DNA of 64,000 bases from an uncultured delta proteobacterium (lineage in GTDB: Bacteria; Myxococcota_A; Polyangia; Polyangiales; Polyangiaceae): NCBI GenBank assembly GCA_963716725.1, contig CAVQUB010000009.1:64001-128000 (forward strand), in the 5' to 3' direction. Below the pieces are notes generated by a model that was not told where the DNA came from, made no database searches, and was given only the letters and a program-made list of their open reading frames with translations. How positions within the stretch are numbered: position 1 is the stretch's first letter; each line of letters starts with the position of its first letter. A program made the position numbers and the translations under genes. Below are positions 26,258 through 36,465 of this stretch, one piece after another.

Positions 26258-28903
26258 ATGGACTGGAAAGCGCGCGCAGGGTTGCCGTTGGTGGCGGTGA
26301 CGGTTTGGATCTCGGGCGGCTGCCGGCCAGGAGCCGGCGGCGAGGCGGTGAGGCCAGATCCGCCCAAGGTCCAGAGCTCGCTGTGCGACTCGGTGGCGGA
26401 CTTCGGTCAACCGCTGATCGTCGATCTGAAGGCCCACGAGAGGGCGGTCTACGAAGCCGTGATGAAGGACGGCGTGGCCGTCGTGAGCTACGACTGCAAA
26501 CAGCTCCGCATCCTCAAGGACTGTAAGATCGAGGGCGACTACGGCTTCGTGGGCGTCAGCCCCAAGGAAGAGGTCGTGCGCCTCGAGGGCGCCGACGAGA
26601 TCCAGCTCAACCTGCCGACCTTCGGCGCCAAGATCGCCGCAGAGGTGCAGCGGGACGCTTCGCTCGACCTCGGGCTGATCCTCGTCGGCATGCGTCGCAC
26701 GACGGTCGACGCGGCGGACAAGAAGCGGCTCAGCGGCAAGGGTTGCCAAGAAGCGACCCACTTCGTGCGCGGCGCCTTCGTCGGCGCCTTCGCGCTAAAG
26801 CAGGGATCGTCGGGATCGACGCGCGGAGCGGTGGAGATCATGGGCTCGGGAGCCAGCGCCAAGAGCACGAGCAGCAAGCGCACCGAGAACCGCGACGGCG
26901 ACGCCAAGGCGTGCAGGAGCTTCAATTCGAGCGCTGCCAGTCCCGACCCGAATTGCGCTGCCCTGCTTCGACTCGAGCTCACCGCCCTCGAAATCGCGTC
27001 GAAGGACCAGGGCGGGACGGTCGACGTCTGCCCGCGAGGACTGGTCTTGGTCCAGGGCAAGTGCGCGCCGCCGACTTCCGAGGAAGCGTTTCAGTGCCGC
27101 GAAGGCCAGATCAGCGAGTGCGTCGCCCAGTGTGACAAAGGTCACGCTGGCAGCTGCGCCGCAGCGTCGTTCATGCACTTCGGCAACCACGGCGTGCCCG
27201 CCGATCCGGAGAAGGCTGCGACGCTCGCCGACAAGGCCTGCAAGGGCGGGAGCGCTCGCGGCTGCGGCAACCTGGGCCACGCCTACGATCGCGGCGACTC
27301 GCTGCCCAAGGACATGGACAAGGCTCGCGCGCTCTACTCGAAGAGCTGCGAGGCCGGCTGGCCCCGCGGCTGCAGCAACCTGGGCGTGCTCACCGAAAAG
27401 GACGGCGACGCGACCGCCGCCAACGTCTTGTATGGACGCGGGTGCAGCGGGGGAGAAGCGCGCGCATGCCATTTCTTGGCATTGAATCTCGACAAGGGTA
27501 ACGGCACGGCCCCGGATGCCGCCCGCGCCAAGGCGCTGTTCACGCGGGCCTGCCAGGGGGCTCACGAAGACGCCTGTGGATTGCTCTCGTCGCAGCTCCT
27601 GGGCGGCACCGACGAAGAGCGGGCCAAGGGGCTCAAAGGGCTGGAAGACAGCTGCGCCAAGGGATCGGCCAACGCTTGTCGATTCATGGGGACGCTGCGG
27701 CTCTCCGGGACGAAGGTGCCGAAGGACGTCGCGCGGGCGGCACAAGACTTCGAGCGTGCCTGCGACGCGAAGGAGCTCAAGAGCTGCGTCGACGCTGCGA
27801 CGCTGATGTTCGAGGGGCGCGACGGCATCACGCAGAACGCCGAAAAAGGCGCGCAGCTGGCCAAGAAGGCCTGCGCGGGCGGCTTCGGACCGGGCTGCCG
27901 CTTGGTTGCGATCTCGCAGCTGCAAGGCGCGGGGCAGTCGCGCGACGACGCAGGGGCGTTGAAGCTGCTCGAGAAGGCCTGCGCCGACGGGGATGGCGAG
28001 AGCTGCGCAGGCACCGGGCTCCTGTACCGACATGGCCTCGGAACCGCGCCGAACCCTAGCTTTGCAGTGGGCTTCTTCGAGAAGGCGTGTCAGGCGAGAT
28101 ACGGCTACGGCTGCGCGCTGCTCGCCTCTGCGCGCTACGATGGTCTGGGCAGGTCGAAGGACATCGAGGGCACTCGCGCCGCCCTGACCCGAGCGTGCAC
28201 CACGGGGTACTCGCCGGCGTGTGGGCTGTCGTATACGCCGCCGATTGTCTTCACGGTCACTCCGCGCGACGATCCCTTTGGTGGCAAGAACACGGCTCCT
28301 GCCGCGACCAAACCCCACCACGGACCGCAGCCCGAAAAGACCGCCGACACGCCCAGCGAGCTCGAGAAACGCCGCATTAGCCTGGGAGACAAGTTCAAGG
28401 GCAAACTCGGAGCCATCATGGCCTGCCCGAGGGACGAATCCGTCTCGTCGCGCGTACAGCGCGTTGGGTTTGCGGTCGGACCCGACGGCAAGACCCAGGT
28501 GATCCAGCGCGCGCGCGGCGCGAGCCGCACCTTCAACGCCTGCCTCGACAAGGTCGTGGCTTCGATCAAGATCGCCGCCGGGGAGCACAGCATCCGGGGC
28601 ATTGCGATGGTGGGCTTTCCCAAGAAGGACGCGGCAAACGTCCGTCTCTCGATCCTCGCCGACGCGAGCGATCTCGATCTTCCGGCCAATGTGCGGCGCC
28701 TGGTGGGTTGCGCGTGCACGGGCACGTCGCTGGCTGTGGCCTGCGCCGTCGAGTGCCGGTCGGGCGTGGGCCCGCAGGGCTACTTCAGCGGCGGGGACCA
28801 GGGCCAAGGGAACGGCGGATTCGGAGCCGACAAACCCACCGATGCCGCGGAGCCTTTCGAGAAAAAGAACACGCGCCCCGCCCCGAAGCAGAAAGGCTTC
28901 TAG
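26258..28903 (+). CDS. Sel1-like repeat lipoprotein
   Basis: Lipobox ISGGC; repeated KAC-x-GG-x-x-x-GC-x-NLG Sel1/HcpA-type units. Confidence 0.88.
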   Translation: MDWKARAGLPLVAVTVWISGGCRPGAGGEAVRPDPPKVQSSLCDSVADFGQPLIVDLKAHERAVYEAVMKDGVAVVSYDCKQLRILKDCKIEGDYGFVGVSPKEEVVRLEGADEIQLNLPTFGAKIAAEVQRDASLDLGLILVGMRRTTVDAADKKRLSGKGCQEATHFVRGAFVGAFALKQGSSGSTRGAVEIMGSGASAKSTSSKRTENRDGDAKACRSFNSSAASPDPNCAALLRLELTALEIASKDQGGTVDVCPRGLVLVQGKCAPPTSEEAFQCREGQISECVAQCDKGHAGSCAAASFMHFGNHGVPADPEKAATLADKACKGGSARGCGNLGHAYDRGDSLPKDMDKARALYSKSCEAGWPRGCSNLGVLTEKDGDATAANVLYGRGCSGGEARACHFLALNLDKGNGTAPDAARAKALFTRACQGAHEDACGLLSSQLLGGTDEERAKGLKGLEDSCAKGSANACRFMGTLRLSGTKVPKDVARAAQDFERACDAKELKSCVDAATLMFEGRDGITQNAEKGAQLAKKACAGGFGPGCRLVAISQLQGAGQSRDDAGALKLLEKACADGDGESCAGTGLLYRHGLGTAPNPSFAVGFFEKACQARYGYGCALLASARYDGLGRSKDIEGTRAALTRACTTGYSPACGLSYTPPIVFTVTPRDDPFGGKNTAPAATKPHHGPQPEKTADTPSELEKRRISLGDKFKGKLGAIMACPRDESVSSRVQRVGFAVGPDGKTQVIQRARGASRTFNACLDKVVASIKIAAGEHSIRGIAMVGFPKKDAANVRLSILADASDLDLPANVRRLVGCACTGTSLAVACAVECRSGVGPQGYFSGGDQGQGNGGFGADKPTDAAEPFEKKNTRPAPKQKGF

Positions 28904-28910
28904 CAATTCC

Positions 28911-29270
28911 ATGTGGATCCGCGTCGCCGCCCTTCTCGGTTTCCTGGCCGTCGCGCTCGGCGCGTTCGGCGCGCACGCGCTGCGCGGCAAGGTCACCGAC
29001 TCCCAGCTCGGCGTGTGGCACACGGGCGTGCTCTACCACGCACTGCACGCAGTCGTGATCTTGGCCATCGCGCTCTACGGTCGTTCGACGCGCGTCGACA
29101 TTGGGCTCCCGGCCGCGGCCTTCACCCTCGGCGTGCTTCTGTTTTCGGGTAGCCTCTACGCGATGGTGCTCACCGGCGTCAGCAAGCTCGGGATCGTCAC
29201 GCCCTTCGGCGGCGTGGCGTTCTTGGTGGGCTGGGTGCTGGTGTTCGTGCGGCTGGGACGTGGCACATGA
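28911..29270 (+). CDS. DUF423 (YgdD/TMEM256) membrane protein
   Basis: AVALGAFGAHAL, LFSGSLY, TPFGGVAFLVGW. Confidence 0.92.
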   Translation: MWIRVAALLGFLAVALGAFGAHALRGKVTDSQLGVWHTGVLYHALHAVVILAIALYGRSTRVDIGLPAAAFTLGVLLFSGSLYAMVLTGVSKLGIVTPFGGVAFLVGWVLVFVRLGRGT

Positions 29271-29292
29271 CCGTGGCGAGCGACGTGTTCTG

Positions 29293-30684
29293 ATGGCCCG
29301 CGACTTCGCGGCCGGCGACGTGCTCGCGCAGAAGTTCCGCTTGGTCTCGCAGTTAGGGGCCGGCGGCATGGGCAGCGTGTGGCGCGCCGATCATCTGGTG
29401 CTCAAATCGCCGGTCGCGATCAAGCTGATCCACGATCGCGTCGCGAGCGCGCCCGGCGCCATCGATCGCTTCTTGCGCGAAGCCCAGGCGGCCGCCGCGA
29501 TCCGCAGCCCTCACGTGATTCAGGTGCTCGACTACGGAGTCGAAGGCTCGACGCCGTATCTGGTGATGGAGCTCCTCGAGGGAGAGAGCCTGGCCGCGCG
29601 ACTGAAGCGCCTGGGGCGCCTGGCGCCCGAAGAGACCTCGCGCATCGTCAGCCACGTCGCGCGCGCGCTGGCCCGCGCCCACGAAGCAGGCGTGGTGCAC
29701 CGCGATCTCAAGCCCGACAACGTCTTTCTGGTGCACAACCAGGACGAAGAGCTGGCCAAGGTCTTGGACTTTGGCATCGCCAAGACGCTGGCGACGAGCG
29801 ACGCCACCACCGACGCCGGCAGCGCCCTCACCCAGACCGGCGCCGTGCTCGGGACGCCGCATTACATGAGCCCGGAGCAGGCGCGCGGGCGCAGCGACGT
29901 GGACCACCGGAGTGATGTGTGGGCGCTGGGAGTCATCGCCTTCCAGTGCATGACCGGGCGCCGGCCCTTCGACAGCCCCATCTTGGGGGATCTGCTGCTG
30001 AAGATCTGCGCAGACCCGGTGCCTTCTGCGGCTGCGATCGCCGGCGTGCCGGCGGGCTTCGACCCTTGGCTCGAGCGAGCCTTGGCGCGCGATCCGCAGC
30101 AGCGCTTCCAATCCGCGGTCGAGATGGCGGACGCGCTGCGGGCGCTGGTCGGCGGCACGGGGCCGGTCGCGGTGCTCGCCCACGCTCCGATCCATTCGCT
30201 GCCCGCACCGCCCAAGTCGAGCTCGGCACCGCTGTGGATCGCCGTTGGGGCCGGCGGTCTCTTGATCGTGCTTGGCGTGCTCGGCGTGGGCGCTGCGTTC
30301 ATCTTCGGCGGCTTCGGTGCATTCGAGGCGTCCCCGGCGCTGAGCGCGAGTGCGCCGTCGATCGCCGTGGCGACGGAAGCCACAGCGGAACCGACGCTCG
30401 CGCCCCCAGGCAGCTCATCGGCCGCGGCAACGCCGATCCCAAAGTCCACTCGACCGACCGGGAGCGGCGTCGCAGCCACTGCGCCGACGGCCACCGCCAC
30501 GCCGACGGCCACCACCACGCCGACGGCCCCGGCCGCTTCCGATGTGTGCCAGAGAGCCTGCGCTCGCCTCCAGAGCTGCGGGCAACCCTGCAAGTTCAAG
30601 AGCGCCTGCGACGGGGCCTACAAAGCCCTCGCCAACTGCATCAACGGCAAGAAGACCTGCCTCGACATCCTCGAGTGCGGCTAG
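29293..30684 (+). CDS. Membrane Ser/Thr protein kinase
   Basis: GAGGMG, VAIK, HRDLKPDN, DFG, GTPHYMSPEQ; TM helix; Cys-rich extracellular tail. Confidence 0.95.
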   Translation: MARDFAAGDVLAQKFRLVSQLGAGGMGSVWRADHLVLKSPVAIKLIHDRVASAPGAIDRFLREAQAAAAIRSPHVIQVLDYGVEGSTPYLVMELLEGESLAARLKRLGRLAPEETSRIVSHVARALARAHEAGVVHRDLKPDNVFLVHNQDEELAKVLDFGIAKTLATSDATTDAGSALTQTGAVLGTPHYMSPEQARGRSDVDHRSDVWALGVIAFQCMTGRRPFDSPILGDLLLKICADPVPSAAAIAGVPAGFDPWLERALARDPQQRFQSAVEMADALRALVGGTGPVAVLAHAPIHSLPAPPKSSSAPLWIAVGAGGLLIVLGVLGVGAAFIFGGFGAFEASPALSASAPSIAVATEATAEPTLAPPGSSSAAATPIPKSTRPTGSGVAATAPTATATPTATTTPTAPAASDVCQRACARLQSCGQPCKFKSACDGAYKALANCINGKKTCLDILECG

Positions 30685-30694
30685 AGGTGCGCGC

Positions 30695-31989
30695 TCAGTG
30701 CGCGCCCTTCTTCGGTCGGAGCGCGGCGCCCTGAGTGACGTGGTCGTTCCAGGTCGCCGGCGCGAAGCCGTTGTCGACCGCGACCATGCTGATGCAGTCC
30801 GGCACCGGGCAGACGATCTGGCACAGGTTGCAGCCGACGCACTCCGCCTCGTCCACGACCGGCACGCGGATCTCGCTGCCGCCGTTGGTCTCCTTGGCGG
30901 ATGGATGCACTGGTGGGCGCCGTCGTGGCAGGCGACCACGCAGAGCTGGCAGCCGATGCACTTCTCGGCGTCGATCTTGGCGATGGTCTCGTAGTTCAGG
31001 TCGAGATCGCCCCACTCGGAGTAGGCCGGGCACGGCCTTGCCCACCAGCTGGTCGATGGTCTGAAAGCCGTGCGTCGCCATGTACTCGTCGAGGCCCTCG
31101 ATCATGTCTTCGACGATGCGGTAGCCCTGGAGCATCACCTCGGTGCAGACCTGCACGCTGGAGGCGCCCAGCAGCATGAACTCCACCGCGTCGCGCCAGT
31201 TGGTGATGCCGCCGATGCCGCTGATCGGGATGCCGAAATCGCGTGATCGCGCGCAGGCGCGCCACCATGTGCAGCGCGATGGGCTTGACCGCCGCGCCGC
31301 AGTAGCCGCCGTTGGTGCTCAGGGCTGCCGACCCGGGGCTCGGGCACGAAGCGATCGATGTCCACGCCGATGATGCTCTTGATGGTGTTGATGAGCGAGA
31401 CGCCGTGGGCGCCGCCCGCTTGCGCGGCGAGGCCGTGGGGCACGATGTCCGACGACGTTCGGCGTGAGCTTCACCAGCACCGGGCACCGTGGAGTACTCG
31501 ACGGCCCAGGAGGTGATGCGCTCGTTGACCGTGGGCTCCTGGCCGACCGCGGAGCCCATGCCGCGCTCGCACATGCCGTGGGGGCAGCCGAAGTTCAGCT
31601 CGAGCCCGTCGGCGCCGGCGTCGATGGAGCGCTTGATGATGTCCTTCCACTCCTCCTGGGTCTCGACCATGAGCGAGACGATGACGGCGTGCTTGGGGTA
31701 GCTTCTTCTTGATCTCGTCGATCTCGCGGAAGTTCACCTCGAGCGGGCGGTCGGTGATCAGCTCGATGTTGTTGAAGCCGATGGCTCGCGTGCCGCGCGT
31801 AGTTCGAGCGCGCCGAAGCGGCTCGACACGTTCTGGATCGGGTGCGCCGAGCGTCTTCCACACCGCGCCGCCCCAGCCGGCGTCGAAGGCGCGCTGCATC
31901 TGCGCGCCGGAGTTCGCGGGCGGCGCCGAGGCGAGCCAGAACGGGTTCGGCGAGCGGATGCCCGCGCAGTTGGTGGACAGATCAGGCAT
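30695..31989 (-). pseudogene. preA: NAD-dependent dihydropyrimidine dehydrogenase subunit PreA, multiply frameshifted
   Basis: NPFWLASAPP, NNIELITDRP, ELNFGCPHGMCERGMG, GGYCG, CIGCQLC and CVGCNLC motifs spread over all three frames. Confidence 0.9.
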
Positions 31990-33317
31990 CGTTGCCTCCC
32001 AGGAGACGGCGTGAATGGCCTCGGCCGCGGCCTTGCCCTCGGCGACGGCGTTGACGACTTCCTTGCCGCCGTTGCGGCAGTCGCCGCCGGCGTACCAACG
32101 CTTGCGTCCGGTCGCGCCGTGATCGTCGGTCGACGATGCGGCCCGTCTCGATCACGATGCCCGGCGAGCCCGGACAGCAGCTGTCCCGAGCTTGCGACTG
32201 ACCGATGGCGAGCAGCACGAGGTCCGCCTCGACCGTGAACTCGCTGCCGGCGATGGGCTGCTTCTTCGCGTCCGTGCGCACGCAGCGCGCACGCTCGACC
32301 TTGCCGTTGCCCTCGAAGGCCACGGGCACGGCGTGCCGAACGCAGCGCGCGACGCCCTCGACTTCGCGGCCGCCAGCCACTCGTGGCGGTAGCCGCTCAT
32401 CTGGGCCTCGCTGCCGCGGTAGACCAGCGTCACGTCGGGAACGCCGAGCGCCCAAGAGCTCGCGCACGCCGTCGATGGCGGTGTTGCCGCCGCCGATCAC
32501 CAGCGCGCTGCTTCACCGCCGCCAGCGGTAGCTTGCCGAGCTTCATGCGCTCGATGAACGCCACGGCGCCCTGCACGCCCGGCGAGATCTTCGCCGGGGA
32601 CGCCGAGCCGGGTGTCCGGTCCGAGGCCGACGCCGACGAACACGGCGTCGTGCTTCTTCTCGAGCTCGTCGAAGCGAAATGTCTCTTGCCGACCTCGACA
32701 CCGGTCTCGGACCTCGATGCCGCCGATGGCGAGCACCCACTCGACCTCCGCGACGGAGCGGTCCGCCCGCATCTTGTAGGGCGCGACGCCGGTGGTGTTG
32801 AGCCCGCCGATGACGGCGACGCTTCTCGTAGATGGTGCAGGCGTGGCCGGCGCGGCGCAGCTCGTGGGCGGCGGCGAGGCGACGCGGGTCCGGCGCCGAC
32901 GAGCCCCACGCTCTTGCCCGTGTCGGCTCGCCGGCCTCGAAGAACCGCCAGCCCTTCTCGAACGCGCGATCGGTGGCGAAGCGCTGCAGCTTGCCGATCT
33001 GGATCGGCGGCACGCCCATGCTCGTTGTAGACGCAGTCACCGACGCACAGCACCTCGACCGGGCAGACCCGCGCGCAGCTCATGCCGAGGATGTTCGAGT
33101 CGAAGATGGTGCGCGCCGAGCCCTTCACGTTGCCGGTCGCGATCTTGCGGATGAACTCCGGGATGTCGATGTGGGTCGGGCAGGCCTTGATGCACGGCGC
33201 GTCGGAGCAGTAGAGGCAGCGGTTGGCCTCGACGACAGCCTGGTTCGCGTCGTACTCGGTCTTGTAGTCCTCGAAGACGCTCTCGCTCCGATCGGTGGGT
33301 ATCGGTTTCGACATCAT
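31982..33317 (-). pseudogene. preT: Dihydropyrimidine dehydrogenase subunit PreT (GltD-like), multiply frameshifted
   Basis: EANRCLYCSDAPCIKACPTHIDIP, CARVCP, VGAGPA, IGGGNTAID; frame changes begin below about 33030. Confidence 0.88.
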
Positions 33318-33362
33318 GCCTCCGGCGTCGAAAGGGGCATCATAGATCAAGGGCGAGGCGCC

Positions 33363-33617
33363 CTAGCCACTGATCTTGCCCCAGGGCAGCCCTTTGGCCG
33401 CGCCGCCTTTCAACATGAACAGGCCCACGGTGATTGCTTCGAGGCGTTCTCGAAGGCAGACCTTGCAGGCAAACGCCCCGGCAGACACCGACACCACGGC
33501 TTCGGCTTCGCCTCCGCAGAGATCGCACTGGGCCAGGGTGTTCGGGTCTTCTGTGGGCTGATCGCCGGACAGCGTGCCTCGCTCGTGGACGCGGACCTCG
33601 ATGGGGGTCTTGATCAT
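33363..33617 (-). CDS. Small putative C4 zinc-finger protein
   Basis: CDLC...CKVC; GGAGGAGG RBS upstream. Confidence 0.65.
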   Translation of the reverse strand: MIKTPIEVRVHERGTLSGDQPTEDPNTLAQCDLCGGEAEAVVSVSAGAFACKVCLRERLEAITVGLFMLKGGAAKGLPWGKISG

Positions 33618-33767
33618 GCTGCGTCTTCCTCCTCCCCCCGGGCCATAACATGATCTTCGAGGGTCCTCCGAAGGCAGGCGACGCGGCGCTTGTCCCGAGC
33701 CTCATTCGGTGGCATTCACGCGGCGTTCGGGCCATCGCACACCCACTGGAGGCCCAAGGAGACACCC

Positions 33768-34259
33768 GTGCCCTGCGTCTGCGGAATTGGCGAATCCACC
33801 GAGTCTCACTGCCTACCCATCATCAAAGGCGAGAAAGCCGCGGAGACGGCCGAGGCGCTGATGCGCGCGCGCTACTCGGCCTACGCGCTGGGCGAAGTGG
33901 ACTTCGTCCTGAACTCGCACACACCGGAAGCGGGCAAGGACGTGGACCGGGAGCAGACCGAGGCCTGGAGCAAGAGCAGCAAGTGGCTGGGGCTCGAGGT
34001 CCTGGCCACCGACGCCGGTGGGGCGGACGACGACCGCGGCACGGTCGACTTCGTCGCGCGCTACAAGGTCAAGAACGTGTCGCTCGAGCATCGCGAGCGA
34101 GCGACCTTCGAGAAGCACGATGGCAAGTGGCTCTTCGCCGAGGCCGAAGCGCTGGCGGGGCCAACGGTCAAGAACGAAGGCCCACGCATTGGTCGAAACG
34201 ACCCGTGTCACTGCGGGAGCGGCAAGAAGTTCAAGAAGTGCCACGGCAAGGCGGCGTGA
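33768..34259 (+). CDS. ychJ: YchJ family SEC-C motif protein
   Basis: [45 protein letters not shown]. Confidence 0.92.
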   Translation: MPCVCGIGESTESHCLPIIKGEKAAETAEALMRARYSAYALGEVDFVLNSHTPEAGKDVDREQTEAWSKSSKWLGLEVLATDAGGADDDRGTVDFVARYKVKNVSLEHRERATFEKHDGKWLFAEAEALAGPTVKNEGPRIGRNDPCHCGSGKKFKKCHGKAA

Positions 34260-35032
34260 CGCCAGAGGCGCTGGGTGAGATCGCGCTGAGGGTCGCCCGC
34301 GAAGCCGGCGCCCTCGCCCTCGGCGGTTTTCGACGACCCATGAACGTCGCCGAGAAGGGCGTCCGAGATCTGGTCACGGAGTTCGACCTGGCCTCCGAGC
34401 GCTTGATCCGCGCGCGCTTGACCGAGCTCACTCCGCTGATTCCGGTCGTCGGCGAAGAAGAAGGCGGAGACCCGGCCGCGTCGCTGGTTTGGTACTGCGA
34501 TCCTATCGACGGAACCACGAACTACGCCCACGGGCACCCGGTGTGGTGCGTGAGCGTCGGCGTGATGGAGGGCGAAACGCCGCTGGCCGGCGCCGTGGTC
34601 GCGCCCGCGCTGGGCATCGAGTGGACGGGACACTCCGGAGGGATCGCCACGCGCAACGGTGAGCGCTGCGCGGTCAGCGACACGACGTCGCTCGAGCAGG
34701 CGCTGCTCGCGACCGGGTTCCCACGCGAACGCGAGCGAGAGCCGGACAACAACTTTGCGACCTTCATGGGCGTGAAGAAGCGCTGTCGCGGCGTGCGGCG
34801 CTGCGGCGCTGCGGCCATCGACCTGTGTTGGGTCGCCGACGGCACCTACGACGGCTACTGGGAACGGCGTCTCAACGCCTGGGATCTCGCGGCGGGGTCG
34901 GCCATCGTGCTCGCAGCAGGCGGGCAACTCTCCCACCTGGACGGCGGGGCGCCGCGGCTGCACGAAGGGCAGCTGGTCGCGACAAACGGGAAGATCCATC
35001 CGGCGCTGGTGGAGTTGATCCGGAGCGCCTGA
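34256..35032 (+). CDS. suhB: Inositol monophosphatase family protein
   Basis: [31 protein letters not shown] overlap with ychJ. Confidence 0.9.
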   Translation: MTPEALGEIALRVAREAGALALGGFRRPMNVAEKGVRDLVTEFDLASERLIRARLTELTPLIPVVGEEEGGDPAASLVWYCDPIDGTTNYAHGHPVWCVSVGVMEGETPLAGAVVAPALGIEWTGHSGGIATRNGERCAVSDTTSLEQALLATGFPREREREPDNNFATFMGVKKRCRGVRRCGAAAIDLCWVADGTYDGYWERRLNAWDLAAGSAIVLAAGGQLSHLDGGAPRLHEGQLVATNGKIHPALVELIRSA

Positions 35033-35181
35033 GCGCAACCACGCTCCCGCGGCGATCTTCCCCTGCAGCGAAGGGGCCACCGAAACCCGGCGTTTCACCC
35101 GAGAGCTTCGGCTCGAGGCGGTAGCCTGTCCGACATTCCGGTTCCCGGACCAGCTCCGCTCATCTAGCTTTCTCCGGCTGG

Positions 35182-36243
35182 ATGATTCACGAGCCGTTCC
35201 CCCCTCGGCCGGAGCGCCTGGTCGGTCGCGCGTCCGAGATCGCGACGCTCCGCCGACTGCTCGCTCGCCATCCGACGCGCGTCGCGCTGGTCGGGGCCGG
35301 CGGCTCCGGCAAGACGACGCTCGCTGCCGAGCTCGGTCATCGCATCCAGCGACGCTTCCCCGGCGGCGTTCATTGGTTTCGCATCGGGGCCTGGGACGAA
35401 CGCGTCCTCGCTCAAATGCTCGCGCTGCGCTTCCGTTCACGAAAGCGACGCCTCGCCGACGTCGCTCGCCTTCTGGCCCGCGGGCCCAATCGTCTTCTGG
35501 TCCTCGACAACCACGAGAACGACGCCGCCACTGCCGCTCTCCTCGACGCCGTCGGCGAGCAGGCACCGGTGAGCTTCATCGTGACCGCGCGCCGCTGTCT
35601 GGTGTCAGGCGTGACCATCCTGCCGGTCATCCCACCTCTTGTCCTTGCCGAGCGTCCGCCCTTTCCCCGAGTGGCGCGACTCACTCGCACGCTCCGCTCG
35701 AGCCCCCTGGCTCTCGAGATCGCAGATGCTCTGGTGGGCGCACGAATCGTCACCGTTCACGCGCTCGCTCGTTTTCTCGATACCCACGGCATCAGGAAAG
35801 TCCGCGCCCTCGCTCACGAGGACGACGTGCCAGAGGTGCTCCTGCTCGTCGACTTCGCCTGGTCGACTCTCCGCGCCCCCGCTCGCCGCATGCTCGCCGT
35901 CCTCAGCCACCTCGGCGGAGACCACATCGATAGCGAGAGCCTGCTCGATCTCGCCTCGGCAAAAGCTGAGACCCTCGAGCGACTGGCTGTCTTGCGCCTG
36001 GTGCAGGAGCCCATCCGTGGCCGCTTCACGCTCCACGCCACCGTGCGTCATGCACTCCACGACAAGACGGCCTTCGATCCCGAACGCCTCTTCGAGCACT
36101 ACCTGGCGCTCCTCGAACGCGACCCGGCGCGCATCGTTCTCGAAGAAGCCCATCTGTTTGCCGCCATGGACCACGCTCACGATCAGGGATCGCTCGAGAA
36201 GATCCTCCGAGTCGAGAGGCTCTTGGCAAACCTCGACACCTGA
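35182..36243 (+). CDS. Stand-alone NB-ARC/STAND-type NTPase
   Basis: LVGR, GAGGSGKTTLA, LLVLDN, IVTAR, PLAL, and winged-helix RFTLH motifs. Confidence 0.8.
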   Translation: MIHEPFPPRPERLVGRASEIATLRRLLARHPTRVALVGAGGSGKTTLAAELGHRIQRRFPGGVHWFRIGAWDERVLAQMLALRFRSRKRRLADVARLLARGPNRLLVLDNHENDAATAALLDAVGEQAPVSFIVTARRCLVSGVTILPVIPPLVLAERPPFPRVARLTRTLRSSPLALEIADALVGARIVTVHALARFLDTHGIRKVRALAHEDDVPEVLLLVDFAWSTLRAPARRMLAVLSHLGGDHIDSESLLDLASAKAETLERLAVLRLVQEPIRGRFTLHATVRHALHDKTAFDPERLFEHYLALLERDPARIVLEEAHLFAAMDHAHDQGSLEKILRVERLLANLDT

Positions 36244-36465
36244 AGGGTCAGCCAGACTCCTCCGTCGCCGACGTTTCGGGGTATCCGCGGCGAATCCGAG
36301 GAGGCCAACGCCTGAGCCGCTCTTGCGGCTGGGTAGGACGCGATTTCGGCCGCTCTGGCCAGGTCGCTGGCCGATTCCTCATCTTCGGAATCTGCCATCG
36401 GAGCGCAAGTGCGCTCCCTCCATCTGGCCCCGCTGACAAACCTCTGCGATCCTCTGCCCCTGCCC

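Noticed and set aside
30695..33317. Programmed frameshifting or RNA editing in preT/preA
   Set aside because: Too many irregular frame changes with no slippery motifs; sequencing error is more parsimonious
36244..36460. Small minus-strand ORFs between the STAND and TPR genes
   Set aside because: They overlap neighbouring genes and lack motif or RBS support
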